From assembly GCA_013265495.1 (NCBI GenBank), contig MU058252.1, positions 436,001-496,000 on the forward strand: a stretch of 60,000 nt of DNA, written 5' to 3'. Numbering within the stretch: the stretch's first letter is position 1; every line of letters starts with the position of its first letter. A program made the position numbers and the translations under genes. The DNA is from Vicugna vicugna (Eukaryota). The notes below the pieces were generated by a model. The model ran no database searches, was not told where the DNA came from, and saw only the letters and a list, made by a program, of their open reading frames with translations. Below, piece by piece: positions 51,950-60,000 of the stretch.

Positions 51950-52870
51950 CCAGGTTCTGCCCCTCGGCACAGGTCCCGGTCTACAGTTTCCCCACAACTT
52001 GGCGCGCTACGCTCCAGCCAGCCGCCTCACTTTGCTGGGTTTCCTCCTCCCCTCTGCCTCCGGCCTCCTCCCGGTCCTTCCGCTCCACACCACCTGGCCG
52101 TCGGGTCCAGCTTCTTACCGGGGCGCACTCGTCCTCCCCCCGGTGAGTCCCCTCAGAGTCCCCTCACTCGCTACCTCCCTAGCCTCCCCCAGCCCCCGCC
52201 CGTCAGCTTTTCTCCCTTGGCCCTTTCTTCTCTCTCGCCGCCGCCTCCATCCCGACCCGATCCCTCCGCCCTCTTCCCGTCCCCCCTCCCCACCACCGGC
52301 CGGCACCCTCCCCCAGCGCCCCTTCCCCCAACTCACTGGGCCTCGCCGCTCGGCCTCTGTCGCAACAGAGCTGCTCCTTGAGCTCCTCCGCGTGCGGCCG
52401 GCTCACCAGCCAATCAGGGCCTCGCGCGGCTCTCGCTGCGCCGCCGCGCGGACTCCTGGGAAGTGTCGTCCTCCAGCCGCGGCAGCCTAGGCTGAGACCA
52501 CTCCTCAAGAACTACCTCGTATCCCAGGGGCCTCGCGGGCCTGCGTGACGTCATCATGATGCGCGAGTCTGGGGGGATTGGAGTCCAAGAACCCTGTGCC
52601 AGGGGTCCGCTTCAGGCACTGGAAACTGCAAATCCCAGCTTGCTCCTCGGATAAGCGGCTGGGCCTTCCAGGCTACACCACCTCTAGAAAATCTTTTGAA
52701 TTGTGCGGAGATACCGAGTTTACAGGGTCGCCCAGCCGGCTCAGACAGCACGCGAGCGACTACACTTCCCAGCAGGCATCAGGCAGGAATGAGTCCAAAC
52801 AATGGAGCGAAGAGGCGGTAGGTGGAGAGCGGAGGAGAAAGACTGAGGCGACTGGTGAGAGTGGGACACG
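51950..52870. promoter_or_regulatory. ABCF2 CpG-island promoter
   Basis: High CpG density; CCAAT 52410-52414; full CRE TGACGTCA 52546-52553; ZNF143/THAP11-type ACTACACTTCCCAGCAGGC 52759-52777. Confidence 0.85.
52337..52420 (-). other. ABCF2: ABCF2 non-coding exon 1 (5' end approximate)
   Basis: Donor CA|GTGAGT at 52336 within a CpG island; exon 2 acceptor ttcag| at 51681. Confidence 0.6.
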
Positions 52871-53574
52871 AACTCATCACTAGGAAGAAGATGCGAAGAA
52901 CAGAATTCTTCCATGAAAGAAAGGCGTCCTTGTTTCATGAAAGCGAGAGTTTAGAGGCTGGTTCATTGTTACCAAACTTTTCGAAGGTGCCGAACGTTGT
53001 TCCTGAACCTTGGCCGCTCCGCCTGCCCACTCCAGAATTAGGTCTCCATGTAAGTTTGATGGGAAGAACCCTGAGGTTTGAAAAAAAAAAAAAAATCCCT
53101 TTTCTGAGTTTAGCTTTAGCAGTTAGCCATGAGGCCTTGCTGGTTGCTTTTCCTTTGAGTCTCCCTTTTTAAAATCTCTCACAAGAGTTCTCAAAGCTTA
53201 CAAGGAAAATCCCAAAATTGTAGCCTCTGAGACTTCTCCAGGCTCCTCACAAGCAGTGACACAGATGGAAGGAAGCAAAGGAAGCCCCTACTCCCTCTGA
53301 GCACATTTTCCAGAAGTGGCCCCGCCTGATTCTTTTCAGAAGTGAGCTCAGTACGCTCCCCATAGAACTAGTTTTCCTCCTCCAATATGATACTCCAGTA
53401 GAATCTAATTACTTGTATTTCAGAAGTAACCCAAGCTATTTCTCACCTCATGCCTTTGAGCATGCCTTTCCCTAGACTACCCTCCACCAATCAGGTGCCT
53501 ACCATATGTCGCTCAAAGCCAGATGTTAGAGGTGCAGTGGTGACAAGTCTTTCCCTGACCTCAGGAAGCTCACG

Positions 53575-54047
53575 GTTAAGAACACCAGCTAAAAATTGTC
53601 TCTTGCCGTCTGGTTCTAGGAGAATGAAGTCACTAGCCACGGCAGTCACTGACCTTCAACACCCCCTGAAAGGAGTTCAGGGCAGAGATTAAGAATGAAG
53701 CGCTCTATGCTCTGGGAAAAACTGTAGAACAGGCTTCAGATAGTTAGAGATTTTCAGGAAAAGATTTTTATGAGCCCAATTTCTTGCATCTTCTCATATC
53801 TAGAAAAGAAGTAAAATCATTAATAGAGACATCTGCTCCTCCCGACTAACAGTAACCTTCTGCTAAACTGCGTGCTTGATAGGAGATATTCCCCCCTTCA
53901 CTAAAACCATACATATACTGACTTCTCTACTTCTTCTGAGCAGTTCCTCAGAGCCATATGAGAGGCTGTCTCCTGGGCTATAGTCCCCACTAGGCCCCAA
54001 ATAAAACAACTCACAACTCTCACATTGTGCATTTTTTTCGGTCGATA
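53575..54047 (+). mobile_element. Solo ERV LTR (artiodactyl-type; 5' boundary approximate)
   Basis: GAGCAGTTCCTCAGAGC..GAGAGGCTGTCTCCTGGGCTATAGTCC..CCCCAAATAAAAC..CACAACTCTCACATTGTGCATTTTTT, an R/U5-like end with AATAAA. Confidence 0.65.
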
Positions 54048-54909
54048 AAAGGAAACATTTAAAAGGAAACAGATCATGACATTCAGGTGATAAGTGCCAT
54101 ATGGGCAAAAGCACTGTTGTAGGTATAGAAGTATATAGATGATAGTTAACTGACTGCAAAGCTCTTCTTTATGAAGCAAGGAAATTATTTATGGTTGTGA
54201 ATCATGTAAAATTGCTCACCCAAGCACCTCGCCTTCTGGGAGGTCTACAATATGCCTGTCTCTCTAAGCCTCATTAAAATGTGGTTACAGGCAGGATATG
54301 GAGAACTAAACTTACTTACACTCTTTCATTTCTGCCATCACATTTAATCCCCCCGGCAGACTCTGAGGTGGGTATTATTACCATTTTACAGATTGGAAAT
54401 GAAGGCACAAAATTGGTAGTAAAACAGCATTGCTGGTAAAGACAGTGCCAGGACTTGAAGCTGGAATCTTCTAGTTCCAGAACTCCAGCTCTCTAAAATG
54501 ACTCAGGTTGGCAAAAGAAAAACTAACCAGTTACTTCTCTGAATCCACCTACATAGCCACCAATCTCACCCATGATTTCCCATGAATTAACAGTTGCTGA
54601 ACAAGGTCTTTTTCAGCACAGCAAAAGTAGCATAGAAAACGTAGAACTTCTGCCATTCCCATCCAGGGTTTGGATCTCTTGCAGGGAACAGACCTGGGCA
54701 TGAAGGGAGAAGAAATAGGGAAATAAGAGGGAGAGGGATAGGAGGAGAAAAGGACTAGCTAAATGCGAAAATCACAGAAGCTCAGTGCTAGAGACAGTAA
54801 ATGAAGAGTCCAGATTCTTCATTTAAAATATGAAGAAGCTGAGACCCAAGGGAGGAAAGATCTCATCCAGAATTAACTAGAAACTTAGTAACTGAGAAAG
54901 ATCTGGAGC

Positions 54910-55233
54910 TTTGCTGTTCAATGTGGTAGCCTCTAGCCACATGTGGCTGTGGAGCCCTTGAAATGTGGCTAGTCTGAATTGAGATGTGCTGTGAGTGTGA
55001 AATATGCATTGGATTTCAAAGAGTGCGTGTGGAGAAGAAAAAGGACGTAAAATATCTCAACCTTTTATATTGATTACATGTTGAAATGTTAATACATGGA
55101 ATATATTTAATAATAGAAAATAACATTATTAAAATTAATTTCCCCTGTTTCTTTTTACGTTTTAAAAAATGTGGCTACCAGAATATTTAAAACTTACATA
55201 TATGGCTCACATATTTCTATTGGACAATGCTGG
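54910..55233 (-). mobile_element. MER33-like hAT element
   Basis: TAGCCACATGTGGCT..TTGAAATGTGGCTAGT..ATATTTCTATTGGACAATGCTG. Confidence 0.75.
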
Positions 55234-56559
55234 TCTGGAACTTGCTTCTTTCAACCTGGAGATGAGTGTTTCTACTCTGCTTCCCAGCGTCTTCTAACAA
55301 GTCATTTATTTACCACCTATTTATGTGCCAGTTGCTGAGGGGAAATCAAATTGCACTCTTGAGTTTAAGACCAAACACAGTAAAGGGTAACAGCGTGGTG
55401 TATTTCATCTCGTGTGCCTCCTAGGATGGGTTCTTGGCTCTATCAGCCCCAATGTTCCCATTTAATAACCAACTTTTAAAATAACACCCAGTTTCCTTTT
55501 TTGAAGTAAAGTTCATAGACGGCATAACCTAATTACACATACAAACTTTAAAAAAAATTACAGTGTAACGATAATCGAAAGAAGAAAGAAAAGGAAATCT
55601 TTTATAATAAAAGAATAATGTTATTTCAGTATGCTAAAAAACATCATTCGATGCTTGTACCTAACATAGGGCCACCTTGAATGTGACAGTACAAATGCAG
55701 GCAGAACATCATGAATGACATGGCTGTCCACAATACAGTTCTCCAGAATGGTAACAAGTAAATTCCTGGCCAAAACCAAAGTACAGTCTTCCTTCCATTT
55801 ACATGATAGTTATATTCCTTCAAAATTCAGCACATATTACAACCCTGAAAAATTACTTAATTTCTATGTATAAAAACAGGCTCAAGGATCAGATGAGTAT
55901 AAGCCCCTCCCCCCCAACATGAATGTTCAATAGGGCATTGAAAGTTATGTGGGACAAAATTCTTTCTAAGGTGATACTAACTTGCAATGTACAAGCATCC
56001 TTCGCTCCTCCCCTCAACCATTTGACAACAAAATTGCCCCTGTATTCTTCCAAATTGCCCCCTACGGGTGTGCCATCCTGGGTGGGAACGCACCATAGTT
56101 GTTTGAAGGCCCTGCCTGCCTTCCAGCCTCCCCTTGAGCTGTTTTCCCCTCACTCAGAAGGACTTAGCCGCTTTGGCCTTCCCGGTTCTGTAGGCCAGTC
56201 AATATCTTCCTCTTTCAGAGCCTTCAGTTCTCTGCTCATTGTCTGGAAAACTTCACTTTTTGTCTGGGTAATTTACTGAATCTTTGGATCTCAGCATTCC
56301 CAAATTCTCAATCTAATTTAATTCTTACTGTCACGTTTTTCCACCATACTCTACTATTCTGCTATGGTACCTATGACAATTTGTGATTTCTACCTAAATT
56401 TATATATTTTTGTCAGTGTGTGTTTAATGCCTCTCCCTCCACTCTCAGTTCCCTGGGGCAGGGACCATACCTGTCATGCCTACCACTTGTTTTCCATGGT
56501 CTAGAACTTAGTAGGCAAGCAACAAACATTTCTGAAATAACTGAGTGCGTGATGGGGTT

Positions 56560-57400
56560 CGGAAGCCCATTGAGAGAAGTCGTCAAGGAGGCGGAAGCGC
56601 GCTCTTTGGGAGTGCGAGCATTTTTGTCTAGGGTAGAAGGAAGCTGAGGTTGAAGATTTCGGTCACCTTCGGAGCCAGGCTGGGTTCACTCGAATTAGCA
56701 CGTGCGGAACGCACGCCTGTTCTGGGGGTGCTGGTGGCTGGCGGGACCACCACGTCACCCCGCGGCAGGCACGCGGCGCAGACAGGGGGCGGGGCGGCCA
56801 TAGAGAAGGCGGTGGCTGAGCGAGCGGCCGGATGCGGTCACCATAGAGACGGGGCCTGACAGCGAGCGGAAGAGGAAGGAGCCGGCTGGGCTGTGAGGTG
56901 GCAGCGGCTGCAGCGGCGGAGCCGGCGCCACGACCGGGCACTGGGGTCTGTTCCCCCTTTCCCGCCCTTCCCCACGCCAGGGGCGTCTGGGGCGCCGCTT
57001 CGGAGGACAGGACCAGGTCCCAGCCCCCCGCCCCCNNNNNNNNNNNNNNNNNNNNNNNNNNNNNNNNNNNNNNNNNNNNNNNNNNNGGGACAGGAGGGTC
57101 CCAGCCCCCCGCCCCCGCCCCCGCTCCCCGGGTCCAGGCTGGCCGCGGCGCCACGCCCCGGCCACCCGTTATCTGCCCGCCGCGGCCCCCGGCCGGTCTG
57201 CAGGGGCCTCCCTCTGTGGGTCTCGGGGTGTTTCCCGTTGTCCTGCTCCCACTGACGCAGGCAGGGCTTTTTCCCCCACTGACGGGTCTGAGAACGGGGT
57301 CTTTGCCCTCGTCTCCCCGCCGGGACCTCCATTCCCGCCGCCCGAGTCTCCCTGTCCCTCTTGACAGCTCCATGACGCAGCCAGTTTTATTTCTGTTGTG
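56560..57400. promoter_or_regulatory. CHPF2 CpG-island promoter
   Basis: CpG-rich; GC boxes at 56785-56796; CCACGTCA 56750-56757; ETS-like CGGAAG sites. Confidence 0.8.
57036..57086. other. Assembly gap (51 N)
   Basis: Run of N. Confidence 0.99.
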
Positions 57401-58430
57401 AGACTAATGGCTAAAACTCGCTTTGGGCTTTCTTTCTAGGACTAGAATCGGTCTTTGATTGCTGAGAGGTAGACAGGGGTGCTGGGCTTGACAACGGCCG
57501 CGCCCGAAGCCAGCCGAGCCTACGTGTGCCTTCACAGGATCCGTGCGTCGTCGTTAGCTGCCTCTTGGGGTTTGGTTTCGGTACCTGGGGCCCTGGTAAA
57601 AGCAGACACCGAATCGCTCTTACACGGCCAGCGTTACTGTCATTTGCCTCTCGTCTCTTAGAGGATGGTAGGCAGCATCAGCCTCTCAGCAGCTGGGATT
57701 CAGAGAAGACTGCCCTGCGAAATGGCTCTATCAGCCATTGTGCTCCTCTGAGAGGCTCTCAGTGCTGAGTCACCACATCCATCCACCTCATCTAGGTGGG
57801 CAGAGCTGTGCCCCAGGCCAGTGGCTCCTGACCACTCCTGACTGGGAGGAGGGGTTACTCTAGCCGAATGTTTCCTTAACTCCAGAATAGAGTAGGAAGG
57901 CCCTGACTCCGTCCCTGTGCCGGCCTTCAGCAGCCAGTCAGCAGCCCTTCCAGTAAACTGAGAAACATGCCCCCAGACAGGCGCTCTTTGGAGTTGTGTT
58001 CGTCTAGCTGAGGGCTGTTGTTTTGATGGAGTCTGTGCTTTCCCCCAACCCTGTCTTTATTAGCGGCTGCTGTCTCTTGGCATAGATCCAGTCTACAGAT
58101 GTATGGAGTCCTTTTTGGGTTAGGTTTGGCAGGATTGAGTTTTGTTTCCTCAGTTTTTATTGGAAGACAGACCATAATCTCATTAGTGGGTTTAACTGAT
58201 TCTAATATTTATTACCATTTGGACTGAGGGTCAGATCTGGCCCCTTGAAAACTGAAGACCAGGCAGATGTTTCCTGGGGATGTTGGGCCTGGAAGCAAAC
58301 ACGCCTTGTTCTTTTGTTGACCTCATTGACCCCAGGTTCCCTGGTTAAAACTGGCCTGGTACCCAGTAGCCCACTGATCAATCCTTGAGGCTGTGCCCTC
58401 CGGGGCATGCACTTGACAGGGCCCACCATC

Positions 58431-59705
58431 ATGCGACTGAGCTCCCTTTTGGCTCTGCTGCGACCAGCACTGCCCCTCATCCTAGGACTGTCTCTGGGGT
58501 GCAGCCTGAGCCTCTTGCGGGTTTCCTGGACCCAGGGTGAGGGAGAAGATCCCTGTGTAGAGGCTGTGGGGGAACCAGGAGGGCCACAGAATCCAGACTC
58601 GAGAACTCGGCTCGACCAAAGTGATGAAGACTTCAAACCCCGGATTGTCCCCTACTACAGGGATCCCAACAAGCCCTATAAGAAGGTGCTCAGGTGAGAG
58701 CTATGTGTGTGCATAGTTCCTAGACCCCCGTTTAGCGTTGCACTAAATGCTTGCTTCTGCCTTCACTGGTATTCATTGTTGGCTACTTGGAGCATTCTTT
58801 GCATTATTACCTGTCATTGTTTGTTCAAATGTTTTCCTCTTCCTCAGGTCTGAGAAAGTCTCATCCACTGGTGTTAAATTAATGGTTGGATGCGCTTGCA
58901 CAGGGCAGGAATTGAATCTAACCCATCTAATCCATCCTTGGTAGACCTCTCTCCAAATCAGTTCCAGTGTCAGCTACTCAGCAGATGCTCCCTCCGGTAG
59001 CTCATTAATGTTGATGAGGAGGTTTCTCCCGTCTCTTTTCTCAACTCCAACTCACTAATTCCTAGGGGGATGTATATGCTGGACAAGCTGGGTTCCTAAA
59101 GATTAGGGAGTTGACCTTTGGCACGCTGGTCTCTCCGCAGGACCCGGTACATCCAGACAGAGCTGGGCTCTCGTGAGCGGTTGCTGGTGGCTGTCCTGAC
59201 CTCCCGGGCCACACTGTCCACTCTGGCTGTGGCTGTGAACCGCACGGTGGCCCACCACTTCCCTCGGTTACTCTACTTCACTGGGCAGCGAGGGGCCCGG
59301 ACTCCTGCAGGGATGCAGGTGATATCTCATGGGGACGAGCGACCAGCATGGCTCATGTCAGAGACCCTGCGCCATCTTCACACACACTTTGGGGCCGACT
59401 ATGACTGGTTCTTCATCATGCAGGATGACACATATGTGCAGGCCCCCCGCCTGGCAGCCCTTGCTGGCCACCTCAGCATCAACCAGGACCTGTACTTGGG
59501 CCGGACAGAGGAGTTCATTGGTGCAGGCGAGCAGGCCCGGTACTGCCACGGCGGCTTTGGCTACTTGTTGTCCCGGAGTCTCCTGCTTCGACTGCGGCCA
59601 CATCTGGATGGCTGCCGAGGAGACATTCTCAGTGCCCGTCCTGACGAGTGGCTTGGCCGCTGCCTCATTGATTCTCTGGGCATTGGCTGCGTCTCACAGC
59701 ACCAG
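58431..59705 (+). CDS. CHPF2: Chondroitin polymerizing factor 2 (chondroitin sulfate glucuronyltransferase), first two coding exons, partial
   Basis: Exons 58431-58693 (MRLSSLLALLRPALPLILGLSLG, type II membrane anchor) and 59141-59705 (contains WFFIMQDDTYV). The window ends in a polypyrimidine tract plus CAG (60000), the next acceptor. Confidence 0.95.
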
Positions 59706-60000
59706 GTGACAGCCCTTTCAAGTTAATCCTGGTCCCCAACAAGTTAGGGGTGACTGAGTGAGTGTTCTCCAGGCTGGGTGCTGCTGGCTCTTTCCCAGCA
59801 GCACCTTGGGGCTGTGTTTTCCTGTTCCCAGCCCCTGATCGCCCCTCTGGCTCTCCCTTGCTCCCCTCTGGCAGTCTTAGAACTCTGGGGCCATCAAAGG
59901 TGGCATCTTGCCAGGGACCCTCTGAGAAGTGAGAAATGTCCCCTACTCACTAGTCCCCCTCTCCTCTGGCCCCCTGCCCTCTGCCTCTCCCCCGATACAG

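Noticed and set aside
51810..52490. 226-aa Pro/Leu-rich ORF, and similar ORFs at 14895-15521 and 56663-57373
   Set aside because: Stop-poor GC-rich or antisense sequence with no recognisable domain.
59706..60000. MIR671
   Set aside because: Expected in the last CHPF2 exon, beyond this window; no supporting hairpin here.

Overview
Mammalian genomic DNA, probably camelid (inferred only from the tRNA-derived SINE type), matching the human 7q36.1 gene order GBX1-ASB10-IQCA1L-H2BK1-ABCF2-CHPF2. I assembled intact spliced CDSs by hand on the minus strand for ASB10 (two alternative first exons; 465 and 452 aa), IQCA1L/DRC11L (19 exons, 820 aa, one obligatory GC-AG intron), the intron-containing histone variant H2B.K (123 aa) and ABCF2 (625 aa). 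The first two coding exons of CHPF2 lie on the plus strand, and the window ends exactly at its exon-3 acceptor. The most notable structure is a splice donor that overlaps the ABCF2 stop codon. It can join H2BK1 exon 2 out of frame (as in the known human read-through) and, hypothetically, two phase-compatible acceptors upstream of H2BK1 exon 1, which would give an in-frame ABCF2-histone fusion. Other features: an orphan CpG promoter and homeobox-site clusters that may belong to GBX1, oocyte-type motifs in the H2BK1 promoter, and nested transposons. Gene and repeat identities come from recalled sequences, not searches. I see no clear evidence of a wholly new system.
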